64,000 bases of DNA from Candidatus Hadarchaeota archaeon (GCA_964384105.1 CAYLJV010000001.1:586594-650593), one strand, 5' to 3'. Shown: positions 17,650 to 26,270, counted from the stretch's first letter. The notes: generated from the letters alone by a model not told the origin. A program made the numbers and translations.

Positions 17650-17922
17650 TTATTTTTCTTCTTTCACCACAAACTTCTTCCATTTTAAGTGTGAGTCGTA
17701 TTTCCTAAAGACTTTTATTACTTTTTTTGCGTGTTGTTCGTCCACTAGGAGAGCACTTCTACTAACGAAATCCCATACATCATTAGGAAGTTCGTCTAAG
17801 ACCCCCTCGCTGTGTCTTTTTCCCGACTTTGTCTTGTAATTATAGCCTCTGAGTTCTCTGTAAAATAGAGTCGCTGGAGACCCCCTGGATTTGACATCCC
17901 AGAGGAGAAGTATTTTTTTCAT
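17650..17922 (-). CDS. Hypothetical small basic protein (90 aa from the internal ATG)
   Basis: The ORF track starts it at 17952, but that start overlaps the TATA-like 18-mer. The likely start is therefore ATG 17922 (MKKILLLWDVKSRG...). I recognise no family. Confidence 0.45.
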   Translation of the reverse strand: MKKILLLWDVKSRGSPATLFYRELRGYNYKTKSGKRHSEGVLDELPNDVWDFVSRSALLVDEQHAKKVIKVFRKYDSHLKWKKFVVKEEK

Positions 17923-17934
17923 TTTCGATCCCAG

Positions 17935-17952
17935 TTGTTGTATATATAACAA
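17935..17952. promoter_or_regulatory. Second copy of TTGTTGTATATATAACAA, 13 nt upstream of the small-ORF start
   Basis: Exact 18/18 match to 17626..17643. Confidence 0.4.
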
Positions 17953-18058
17953 GCAATTATTAAAAATTTGACTTTTATTAACGACATGTTTTCACCTTAA
18001 GAAGTCCCTTACCAATAATATTTTGATGGAGGGGTTGACCTCTATTTAGGACGGTAGA

Positions 18059-18685
18059 GTGTTTACAGATTTTAATATGATAAAAATATGTAAAGTCGCT
18101 GTTATAACATTCTTGATTCTATCAGTGTCCATGACTCTTTTGTGGATTCACAGTTCTAACTTCGAGAACCCTCCTAATTATGAAGCCACGGCGGAGGTCC
18201 TTTGGATTTCGGACGGGGATACGGTTGGAGTTAGGATCTTAGAGATGGAAGAGTCATTTGCAACGGTAGATCCGGGGGAAGACATCGTCAGATTTGCTGG
18301 AATGGATACAGAGGAAATCCACAGAGAAGATGCGGTTTCTGAACATCCAGATGTTAAAGGACTTACCCAAGAAGAGTACGAAGAGACCGAATATTATGCT
18401 CGTGCTCTGAGATCCAAAAGAATAGTAGAGTCTCTTGTTCCGAAAGGTACGAGAGTGTATCTGGATATCGATGAAGGGTTAAAAGGAGGAAACTGCAGGG
18501 GCTATTTTGGAAGGTTGATCGCAGTTGTCTATACAAAGTATGAGAATAGATGGATAAATGTCAACGCTAGAGTATTGGCTCAGGAATATTCCATCTCAAA
18601 CGATAAGGACTATGGATTAATGACAGATTATCCTTCAGAATTCGACCCAAACGACTGGCTTTCAGAGGACTACCCCTATGTTTGA
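18059..18685 (+). CDS. Secreted or membrane-anchored staphylococcal-nuclease (SNase/thermonuclease)-like protein
   Basis: 208 aa. It has an N-terminal TM/signal. 'WISDGDTVGVRI' and 'VRFAGMDTEE' resemble the SNase Ca-binding and catalytic region, and 'YFGRLIAVVY' resembles the conserved SNase beta-strand. Confidence 0.65.
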   Translation: MFTDFNMIKICKVAVITFLILSVSMTLLWIHSSNFENPPNYEATAEVLWISDGDTVGVRILEMEESFATVDPGEDIVRFAGMDTEEIHREDAVSEHPDVKGLTQEEYEETEYYARALRSKRIVESLVPKGTRVYLDIDEGLKGGNCRGYFGRLIAVVYTKYENRWINVNARVLAQEYSISNDKDYGLMTDYPSEFDPNDWLSEDYPYV

Positions 18686-18778
18686 CATCGGTTAGCTGGA
18701 ACTTTAGTATGTATTTAGTTTTTCTGTTGGGGTACTTTTTGACTTGGTTTTATTGGATTTTTTTAACTGCTGGACTTT

Positions 18779-18796
18779 GTGAACTGGGGTGTTAAC
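18779..18796. repeat. Repeat R1: GTGAACTGGGGTGTTAAC
   Basis: One of four 18-bp GT(G/T)AAC-N-GGGGT-GTT(A/C)AC elements. Confidence 0.6.
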
Positions 18797-18840
18797 TTTT
18801 GTTTCATTTTTTTCTCTTTTTAAAAATAGTTTTCCACCGA

Positions 18841-18858
18841 GTGAACAGGGGTGTTAAC
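18841..18858. repeat. Repeat R2: GTGAACAGGGGTGTTAAC
   Basis: It lies 62 bp downstream of R1 in the same orientation. Confidence 0.6.
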
Positions 18859-18909
18859 ATTAGGAGCAAATTCGATGGTCTCGGTGAGTTTATAAGTCGG
18901 CGGGGACGA

Positions 18910-19143
18910 ATGAGGATTTTATATATACTCTTAGAGGAGCTGGAAACCCAGTCTGGGGTTGCTAGGAGATTAAAAATTACAAAAAATGCGGTTAACGGGT
19001 GGATAAAAGAGAAAAACAGGCATCCTAGCAATGAAAATATTTCAAAAATGTTAAAAATATTGAATGACAAAAATGAGAAGAAATTTAAGGAAATATTATT
19101 CAAAGAATTGCAAACTTTCCAAAAATTAATATTCGAATTTTGA
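18910..19143 (+). CDS. Small helix-turn-helix protein (77 aa)
   Basis: The internal ATG at 18910 is in frame with ORF 18799..19143. Upstream of it the frame translates across repeat R2, so that part is probably non-coding. 'SGVARRLKITKNAVNGWIKEK' is HTH-like. Confidence 0.4.
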   Translation: MRILYILLEELETQSGVARRLKITKNAVNGWIKEKNRHPSNENISKMLKILNDKNEKKFKEILFKELQTFQKLIFEF

Positions 19144-19156
19144 GGTTAAATCAAAA

Positions 19157-19174
19157 GTTAACCGGGGTGTTAAC
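19157..19174. repeat. Repeat R3: GTTAACCGGGGTGTTAAC
   Basis: It lies 14 nt after the HTH ORF stop. Confidence 0.6.
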
Positions 19175-19219
19175 ATTAATCCATTTCGTGTATCCTGCTT
19201 ACTAAATATCAACTCGATA

Positions 19220-19237
19220 GTTAACTGGGGTGTTCAC
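19220..19237. repeat. Repeat R4: GTTAACTGGGGTGTTCAC
   Basis: It lies 63 bp downstream of R3. Its half-sites mirror those of R1. Confidence 0.6.
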
Positions 19238-19272
19238 ACCTCCATGAACGCCAGCTAATGTAGGAGTAGCAA

Positions 19273-20109
19273 TTAAATGAGGGCTCCTGTGAGAAACGCG
19301 ATAAGTCCGAGTCCCATCGCAATCTTGTACAGTAGGGACGCTTTACTCGCAGACTCTTTCCTCTGATTTTTCCCTATTTTGATTATTCCCCATACGAATA
19401 CTACCACCGATGCTATTACTATCAAAAGATAATATTTTTCGAATAATCCCAGTTGATAAGGCAGGGGTGTCATAAGAATTGCTAGAACTGTGAATATTAT
19501 AGCGAGAATGGCAGCCTTTCTCTTTCCAAATTGTAGAGGAAATGATTCGGATCCTGATTTTTTATCCCCCCGAACATCTTCAATGTCTTTGATTAGCTCT
19601 CTCCCAGCTGTTGAAAAGGCAGCCATTGCGGCGAGAATTCCCACGGTTTCTAAACTGCCAGCTGCTAGCCCCCCAAATAGAAAAGTTGATCCAACAAGGT
19701 AGCTTACAGCAATGTTTCCAAAAAGCCCTTTTCGCTTTAAACTAGTTGCGTAGTAGGCTAGGAGCCCAGAATTGACAACGGCTAATAGTAGGCACGAAAC
19801 TTTCCTTATAAATATCGAGGAGATTATTCCAAAAACAAAGAGCAGTATGCTTACAATGAGTGCTCCTGATGGACTTATCTTACCTGATGGAATTGGCCTA
19901 TCTGGGTTGTTTATGGCATCTAGTTTTCTATCGGCGTAATCGTTTATCGCATTGCCCGCACCGGTTATCAGACCCGCTGCGATAAGAGCAAAGGTTATTC
20001 TCGGTGGAGGTATTCCACCGGCCGAGATTATCGCACCGATCAATACAGCAATAGCTGCAAATACACAGTTATGTGGCCTAATTAGGTTGAAAACAGCCTT
20101 TAATTTCAT
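19273..20109 (-). CDS. UbiA-family prenyltransferase, digeranylgeranylglyceryl phosphate (DGGGP) synthase-like
   Basis: 278 aa with about 8 TM segments. 'NDYADRKLDAINNPDRPIPSG' is the UbiA Asp-rich motif. The size and motifs are typical of archaeal DGGGP synthase. Confidence 0.75.
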   Translation of the reverse strand: MKLKAVFNLIRPHNCVFAAIAVLIGAIISAGGIPPPRITFALIAAGLITGAGNAINDYADRKLDAINNPDRPIPSGKISPSGALIVSILLFVFGIISSIFIRKVSCLLLAVVNSGLLAYYATSLKRKGLFGNIAVSYLVGSTFLFGGLAAGSLETVGILAAMAAFSTAGRELIKDIEDVRGDKKSGSESFPLQFGKRKAAILAIIFTVLAILMTPLPYQLGLFEKYYLLIVIASVVVFVWGIIKIGKNQRKESASKASLLYKIAMGLGLIAFLTGALI

Positions 20110-20402
20110 TTGATCACGAGTGTTAGCTACCCGTAGAGGGTTATTACATGGCTTTAAATTTTCTTTTCGGTTTTTCTATCTTGCCTTTTAATAAAAATTC
20201 AGTTAAATCTGCTTTCTTGTGATAAAATTCGGTTCACTTGGTCATTCTGGCGGTCTTTTAGTCCTCACAGTCATATTGGTAATTTAGAAAGAGTGGATGA
20301 TGGATTGGGGGATTATTATGCTTCTTCTTCTTTACTTTCACCTACCCCTCCCCGCTTTCCTTAAAAAGTCCTTTAAGTCCTTTAGAATGGAGGATGAAAT
20401 GA

Positions 20403-21578
20403 ATGATTTCCGCTACAAGGGGCCCTACTCTTTTGAGCGAACAGAATCCCTTGGAACATAAACTTGGTGAAATAGCGGAGAAGATAAGAGATCAGGGTAG
20501 AAAACGCCGTTTAATAGCTAAAGTACTCCGAAACGTAAAAAATGATCTTCGTTTACCCCTAGATGAGAGGGGACTGGGGATAGTAGAATCAGACCTAGTT
20601 TACAGGGTTGAAGATTGTGTTTTGGATGATATTGTAGTGGCGGGTATAGACGGCGGGGTTTTAAATAAACCTTTACATGGGCTTGACCTTATATTGGTTA
20701 GAGCATTGGCAGCCATTTTCTCCTACGAGGATGGAAAACTCTCTGATGTAGACTACCACCCGAGTGAGATGCCCACTCCAGATTTAGTAAATGTTCATGA
20801 ACCCCTAGATTCGAGGGAAATCGATATTTTAGTTGGTTTAAAGAGGCAGATTTCCGAGATTGATAGAGCTCGGGAAACCGCCCAAAAGAAGGATGTCGAT
20901 GTTATCATGCTAGATGGTTCCGTTGTTCCTCAGTACACTAATAATGTTAGAGGCGAAATGACTCGGGAGCTCTACAAAAAGCTGATCTATTCTTACAGGG
21001 ATTTATATCAACTATGCGAAAAAAAGGAGATTCTACTTCTTGGAGCGGTAAAAGATAGCAGAAGTGCCAGGTTAGCAAAGCTATTTCAAAAAAAGATTTT
21101 CCCGAAGCTTGTAGAGGAAATGGATCTTTCCGTTGATGAATTGGATTCTATAGATAGGAACAGTGATATACTTCTTATCTCGAGGGATACGGATTTCTTG
21201 GACTATTTATTGGATGCCAAAGAGAGAAGCTTCACGTTCAAATATTCAGAATCTTCTGCCCCTCTTCTGAATGATCTTGGTGAATGGAAGGAGAGTATAT
21301 ACGCTTTCTACGTTAAACCTGTGCCGTACGACTGCCCGGTTAGAGTGGAATTCGTTAGTGATCAAAAAAGCGTTTTAGAAAGTGCAGAAAAATCCGCTGC
21401 ACTTGTCAGCACTCTCTCGGCCAATCATGATGCTTGCGCGTTGCCATCTGTTTTGATAGAAGCGGATGCTCGGGCCGCCCTAGCTGAAGAGGAAATATCA
21501 ATACTCAGGGACAGTATCGTAGACAGGTTGGAACCGTCTACCCTGGTGGAACTGCGGAGAGAAAGGAGGCCTTTCTAA
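20403..21578 (+). CDS. nurA: NurA-like 5'-3' nuclease
   Basis: 391 aa. It has an 'IDGG' motif and a second 'MLDGS' motif typical of the NurA catalytic core. Its stop shares 1 nt with the herA start (TAATG). Confidence 0.6.
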   Translation: MISATRGPTLLSEQNPLEHKLGEIAEKIRDQGRKRRLIAKVLRNVKNDLRLPLDERGLGIVESDLVYRVEDCVLDDIVVAGIDGGVLNKPLHGLDLILVRALAAIFSYEDGKLSDVDYHPSEMPTPDLVNVHEPLDSREIDILVGLKRQISEIDRARETAQKKDVDVIMLDGSVVPQYTNNVRGEMTRELYKKLIYSYRDLYQLCEKKEILLLGAVKDSRSARLAKLFQKKIFPKLVEEMDLSVDELDSIDRNSDILLISRDTDFLDYLLDAKERSFTFKYSESSAPLLNDLGEWKESIYAFYVKPVPYDCPVRVEFVSDQKSVLESAEKSAALVSTLSANHDACALPSVLIEADARAALAEEEISILRDSIVDRLEPSTLVELRRERRPF

Positions 21579-23110
21579 TGGGTTCCGAGATCGGAACGGT
21601 TATATGCACGCCGGATGGACCTTCGGCTAACAAGTTTTCGTTTGTGGTAACCAATACTAATGGCGAAATTCCAGTTAGAAGGGGACAGTTTATCGAGTTA
21701 AAGAGTGCTGAGGGAAAGATGATCGCCCAGGTTCAGAATATAATGAAGACCAACCGGTATTTCATGCGCCCTGAATCCGTAAAGGAATATGAAAAGGGAA
21801 GAAATTCTTTAAATTCAATCTTCCCGGCGGACCGATGGGAGTATATAGTGGCAGATGCAAGGGCCTCAGGAATCCAAACGGAGACTGGCTTAGAACAGGT
21901 AACGTTTCCAACTGCTCCAGGTGATAAGGTCTACGAGGCCAGCAGAGAAACACTCTCTCGATTCCTCGGCATCGATGAGAATGGTGGTGTGGATTTGGGA
22001 AAACTTCGATACCATGATCTTCCCGCGAAGCTTGACCTAACGAAGCTCCTGAGAAAGCACGTGGCCGTTTTAGCTATGAGTGGTGCGGGTAAGAGCTATA
22101 GCGCTTCCGTCCTCATAGAGGAACTTCTCGAGAGAAGTAAGGAACGGGGGAGGGTAGCTACGATAGTTGCTGACGTTCATGGGGAGTATACATCTCTGGC
22201 AAAATCTAATTCCAGTGGTGTGGATTACTCGGACAAGGTGACTCTCATAAGGGGGGAGAACGTGAAGATCGGCGTTCCGAACATGAGTGCTTACCGCTTT
22301 AGAGAATTTACCCGGGATATGTCGGGAAGTCAGACCAGAGAACTGAACCGGGTTTTGGGTAAATTAAATTCCAAGATGAGATCCGGTGGTGGATTATATG
22401 ATCTGGATGACGTGATATCCAAGGTCGAGGAAAACGGCGAATCGAATAAGCAGTTGAGAAGAGCGTTGTTAGATAGACTTTACGATTTGAAGAACCTGAA
22501 TATTTTTGGTAACAGCGATTACCCCAGCTGGAAGGAACTAGCGAAGCCCGGTAGAGCGGCTATCTTGGACCTTAGCAGAATATTCAGTCTACGCAAGAAA
22601 AGAATAATCCTAACTTATTTTGCCAGGAAGCTTTTCAACAAAAGAAAGTCAGGACAAGCCCCACCCTTCGCATTCTTCGTAGAGGAAGCTCATCAATTTG
22701 CACCCTCTAAAAAATCGGTAATTTCCAGTTCGATCCTTAAGACCATCGCCAGGGAGGGTCGTAAGTTCTACGCGTCTCTTGTTTTGGTAAGTCAACGGCC
22801 CGTTCGGCTTTCTACCACGGTCCTTTCACAGGCCAATACCAACATAATTCTGAGAGTAACCAATCCTTACGATTTGGATCATATCAAAAAGTCCTCCGAG
22901 AGTATAACGAAGGATACGGCCGATATTATTTCCTCTCTTCCGGTAGGACAGGCTTTGGTTGTTGGTGAAGCGGTAAACCATCCTGTTTTCATAAAGGTTC
23001 GAAAAAGAAAATCCAAGGAAGCGGAACACGGAACTGGACTTGAAGAAGTTGCAAAAAGGTACGAGGAAAAGAGAGACCAGGAAAAAGAAGACGTTGATGC
23101 CTTCATGTGA
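21578..23110 (+). CDS. herA: HerA-like hexameric ATPase/helicase (FtsK-HerA superfamily)
   Basis: 510 aa. It has an N-terminal HAS-barrel-like region, Walker A 'AMSGAGKSYSAS', Walker B 'FFVEEAHQF' and 'LVSQRP...NTNIILRVTNPYD'. GGAGG lies 8 nt upstream of the ATG. Confidence 0.8.
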   Translation: MGSEIGTVICTPDGPSANKFSFVVTNTNGEIPVRRGQFIELKSAEGKMIAQVQNIMKTNRYFMRPESVKEYEKGRNSLNSIFPADRWEYIVADARASGIQTETGLEQVTFPTAPGDKVYEASRETLSRFLGIDENGGVDLGKLRYHDLPAKLDLTKLLRKHVAVLAMSGAGKSYSASVLIEELLERSKERGRVATIVADVHGEYTSLAKSNSSGVDYSDKVTLIRGENVKIGVPNMSAYRFREFTRDMSGSQTRELNRVLGKLNSKMRSGGGLYDLDDVISKVEENGESNKQLRRALLDRLYDLKNLNIFGNSDYPSWKELAKPGRAAILDLSRIFSLRKKRIILTYFARKLFNKRKSGQAPPFAFFVEEAHQFAPSKKSVISSSILKTIAREGRKFYASLVLVSQRPVRLSTTVLSQANTNIILRVTNPYDLDHIKKSSESITKDTADIISSLPVGQALVVGEAVNHPVFIKVRKRKSKEAEHGTGLEEVAKRYEEKRDQEKEDVDAFM

Positions 23111-23178
23111 TATTTTGGAGCTCTTTCGAGATTTTTAAGTGTGTCCGTTGATGTAAGTAAAGAATCCGGGATGTTACT

Positions 23179-23997
23179 GTGGATGATCGTAAAAACTCGG
23201 CTTTGAAGAAAGTTTCCATAATAATTATTATCCTAGTGGTCATTTTTGGGCTTTCTTGGTATTTTGGCCTATGGTGGGTTTTTCCGAGATCAGAGAATAT
23301 TCCGAATGAGGAGAACTCACTTTTGGACAATTTTGAAAATCGGTCCAGTCTTAGTGACGATACGGAAAATTTAAATTTGGGGGAAAATTCGATACTTTTC
23401 AAGTACGAGGCAGAGTTCACGTACCTCGGCTCCGAGGAGAATAAGCCTCTTCAAAAGTACGGTATTCTTTTTCCGTGTCCTACGGTTGACAACGAACCCG
23501 TTTGGCCAGAGCCAAACATCTCGAGTGAAAATTTAAAATGGCAGTTATGGGGCAGAACGAGCGAGGGAAACTTGGTTCTCGAAGTCGATGACGATAATAC
23601 AATTAGACCAGTCGGTGACAGAAAGTTAAACGGATTTCCCAATTATGATAAAATGGCTGGGAGACCCTTTCTGGGGCCAATTTATTATTCCTGGTTGAAT
23701 ACCACTTGGAAGATTAATATCCAGAATGATTGGGATAATTTGTATCCCAAAGAAACAATTCTAGTTGAAGGAAACTTTTCTGTAAGTATCGAGAATTCGG
23801 AAAAAGTAACTCTAAGAGAGCATTATGGTAGCGTATTTGGAGCGCAATCCTGGATTAACTCTTTTGGCCCTGTTGATACATCAATTAGTGTATCTTTGTT
23901 GAAATGGGAAAATGGGAAATACGAGAAATCAGATGAATATTCTAGTTCGAAAAACGATTCGGGGAAAGGAGACTTTGTAAGACTGTATCCGACTTAG
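23179..23997 (+). CDS. Membrane-anchored extracellular hypothetical protein
   Basis: 272 aa. It has an N-terminal TM (VSIIIIILVVIFGLSWYFGLWWVF), and the rest is rich in Asn/Ser/Trp with many N-x-S/T sequons. Confidence 0.5.
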   Translation: MDDRKNSALKKVSIIIIILVVIFGLSWYFGLWWVFPRSENIPNEENSLLDNFENRSSLSDDTENLNLGENSILFKYEAEFTYLGSEENKPLQKYGILFPCPTVDNEPVWPEPNISSENLKWQLWGRTSEGNLVLEVDDDNTIRPVGDRKLNGFPNYDKMAGRPFLGPIYYSWLNTTWKINIQNDWDNLYPKETILVEGNFSVSIENSEKVTLREHYGSVFGAQSWINSFGPVDTSISVSLLKWENGKYEKSDEYSSSKNDSGKGDFVRLYPT

Positions 23998-25392
23998 TTA
24001 TGGCCAAGAATATCTTTTGGTTAAAGAAAAATTAGCGGTAGCAGTTGAATCCGAATTTGAATCATCAGTTCGAGACTTTTTTTCAGATTCGAAATAACCG
24101 CTTTTTTCTGCCATCACACTGAACGTATGAGTCTGACCCGGCCATCTTTCGTGAGCGTAAACATAGGATCCATCCGACCTGCTTACACTAATTCCACCAG
24201 CTCCACCTTGCCCTGTTTTTTCTCCGGAGAAAGAAACACCGTCGACTGTCATTAGAGGTTCATATATTCCAGAACTTGTTTCAGAGTCTTTGACGTAACC
24301 ACCCACGCCTAGTAATTTTTTATAAACTGATTCACTGTCGTTTTCTTCGTTGGGTTTTACCTCACTGTCCCACTCGTTTATTACTTCATTCTCCTCTGGT
24401 GGCTTTTCTTTAGTTTCGAAGGATATTTCGTAGAATTTATTCTCTATTTTGGATCCATCTGATGCGGTTATTTCAATCGTTGAGTTAGCTTCAAGGAGGT
24501 CGAAAGGGGCATAAATGGTTACCTCGGTATTCACCTCGGAGGAGACACTAACCTTATCGTTTTCTATTTCCAGTTCTATTCGTTCGTCTTTTGCTTCCGT
24601 ATCGATATTGACGGTTCCTTCGTAGCCGTTTTCCCCTCTGATCGTTAAGGGTATCTTTAGGGAGGACCAGTTTTCGACCTCGTATTCCGTTATTCCATAA
24701 AGTGTATTGTGGTAAGCGGTGTATTCCTCAGTTACATAAACTGGGATTCTTTTCACCCCATCTTTGTAGAGAAAGTCGTAATAGTGGGGAACCCAGATGC
24801 TATAAGAATCAAAATAGTTTGGGTGTACTATGTGTACGTTCCAAAGTCCAAACCCTTGAAAGGCGCTCCACCCATAGTCTTTTCCTGCATCGGAAAATTC
24901 TGAGGTATCTTGGAACGAGTTCGGTTCTACTGTGACATTTGGCCAACTATTGCCCCAAAAGAAGTCTCTCCAAAATCCATCATCCCTGTTTCTTTCGAGA
25001 TGGTAGTACATGTAGGGATCTATGCTTTCCAAGTTCATGTTTGTGTAAGGCGTTATTTCTCCGCCAACTGTGTAGATCGGTTCGGTCTTGTAGTGGTCCA
25101 AAACTTCTCTGGTAGCGGTGAAAGGTTCTACTACTAGATGTTCATAAGTATTTTCTATCCAACCTCTAAGCAATATTCCTGAGTTTTCATCAATTGGTGT
25201 GAACTCGTCAGTTTCAGTGATAGGAGTTTCCAATTCTAAGACAAAGTCTTTGGATCCGAAGTTTTCAATTGATTTTTCGTATGTTACGTAATCTCGTTCG
25301 TACTTATCAGATTCGGCATGAGAAGCGGTGAAGGAAGCTAAAGAAAGAATCAACAATATCAATAAAAAAATCGAGAGGTTCGAATTTTTCAT
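23998..25392 (-). CDS. Secreted hypothetical protein (signal peptide, Tyr/Trp-rich, many N-glycosylation sequons)
   Basis: 464 aa. It has the signal peptide MKNSNLSIFLLILLILSLASFTASHA. Its stop abuts the stop of the convergent 23179..23997 gene. Confidence 0.55.
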   Translation of the reverse strand: MKNSNLSIFLLILLILSLASFTASHAESDKYERDYVTYEKSIENFGSKDFVLELETPITETDEFTPIDENSGILLRGWIENTYEHLVVEPFTATREVLDHYKTEPIYTVGGEITPYTNMNLESIDPYMYYHLERNRDDGFWRDFFWGNSWPNVTVEPNSFQDTSEFSDAGKDYGWSAFQGFGLWNVHIVHPNYFDSYSIWVPHYYDFLYKDGVKRIPVYVTEEYTAYHNTLYGITEYEVENWSSLKIPLTIRGENGYEGTVNIDTEAKDERIELEIENDKVSVSSEVNTEVTIYAPFDLLEANSTIEITASDGSKIENKFYEISFETKEKPPEENEVINEWDSEVKPNEENDSESVYKKLLGVGGYVKDSETSSGIYEPLMTVDGVSFSGEKTGQGGAGGISVSRSDGSYVYAHERWPGQTHTFSVMAEKSGYFESEKKSRTDDSNSDSTATANFSLTKRYSWP

Positions 25393-25490
25393 GATTTTAT
25401 CTTCCGGTTCTCTAACGAATAAAGTTCGCTAGAATTAATAAATCTTGGTAAAAAAAGTGGGTAAAATGCCCTTCAGGTTTTTTCTGTGGC

Positions 25491-26270
25491 TTATAGAGAC
25501 TTTTGAGGTTTTTGTTCGAATTCAATCGGTTTTGCCATTAATATTATGCTTCTTTCGCAGGCTTGTCGGAAAATTTCTTCTTGGAAAATTTTCTGTTCAT
25601 AGTATTCGTGGATACTGGGAAGGATATCCCAGACTACATATTTGAATTCCAATGTTTCGGGTTCGCCGTTGGTCTCGTTCATTTTTTCCATAGACTTTTC
25701 AGCAGTATTGAGGTTTTCCCTGCAAGACCTTTCGATTTCATTTACAGTTTCTTCGAAATCCAATCCATTTTCTAATTGTTTTAGGAATTTCTTCCCAGAT
25801 CTGAAGGAAATCTCTCTGTAGAGTCCCAGCAGCTCTCTTATATTGAGCCAGTTAGAATCGACCTCAAATCTTTGAATTATCTTGGTTCCTATTCTGTCCG
25901 AAATTCTTTCTAATAAATTGTCATCGAAAGTTAATATGGGGAGCTGGAGATGCGCTGCGAGAAGTAGACCCCTCAAGTCAGTTAATGCAACTTTGCGATT
26001 AGTTTCGAACATTATCTGTCGGCCTATTTCATCGTAGAGTTCGGGTAGATGTATTGGATATACGCTTCTTCGTCTGACCATCTGTTTTAGAAGGCTGTAT
26101 TTAACTGTCTGATTTCTTACCTGAATCAGTTTAGACCGGGATAACCAAGAATATGTAGAGCTTGGGATATACAATCCGGAGCACTGAAAGAATCTTTGAG
26201 CACCGTTCAATGATCTCCGATTTGTTAGAACGCTAGTGTCACAAACCGCACCGAAGTCTTTCGTGGGCAT
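25491..26270 (-). CDS. PIN-domain protein with about 125-aa C-terminal extension
   Basis: 259 aa. 'AVCDTSVL' holds the first PIN Asp, and 'TDLRGLLLAAHLQLPILTFDDN' holds the third and fourth acidic residues. The C-terminal half is acidic and helical and of unknown family. Confidence 0.55.
   Translation of the reverse strand: MPTKDFGAVCDTSVLTNRRSLNGAQRFFQCSGLYIPSSTYSWLSRSKLIQVRNQTVKYSLLKQMVRRRSVYPIHLPELYDEIGRQIMFETNRKVALTDLRGLLLAAHLQLPILTFDDNLLERISDRIGTKIIQRFEVDSNWLNIRELLGLYREISFRSGKKFLKQLENGLDFEETVNEIERSCRENLNTAEKSMEKMNETNGEPETLEFKYVVWDILPSIHEYYEQKIFQEEIFRQACERSIILMAKPIEFEQKPQKSL

Noticed and set aside
17923-17952. The ORF-track start (17952) for the small gene upstream of cdc48.
   Set aside because: The first 10 codons overlap the TATA-containing 18-mer promoter element. 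ATG 17922, just downstream of that element, is the more plausible initiation site.
18799-18909. The 5' extension of the HTH ORF as given in the ORF track (start at 18799).
   Set aside because: The extension translates straight across repeat R2 and the T-rich upstream region (MFHFFLFLKIVFHRVNRGVN...). The internal ATG at 18910 gives a compact HTH protein.
18779-19237. Possibility that the four GTTAAC-containing repeats are a small CRISPR array.
   Set aside because: There are only four units and the spacing is irregular (62, about 300, 63 bp). The repeats flank a protein-coding ORF. Each unit is an internally palindromic half-site pair, not a typical CRISPR repeat. No cas genes are adjacent.
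20110-20402. A long (290 bp) non-coding gap upstream of nurA, examined for ncRNA or mobile-element ends.
   Set aside because: It has no GC-rich structured segment, no terminal inverted repeats and no direct repeats. It is probably an ordinary promoter/leader region.
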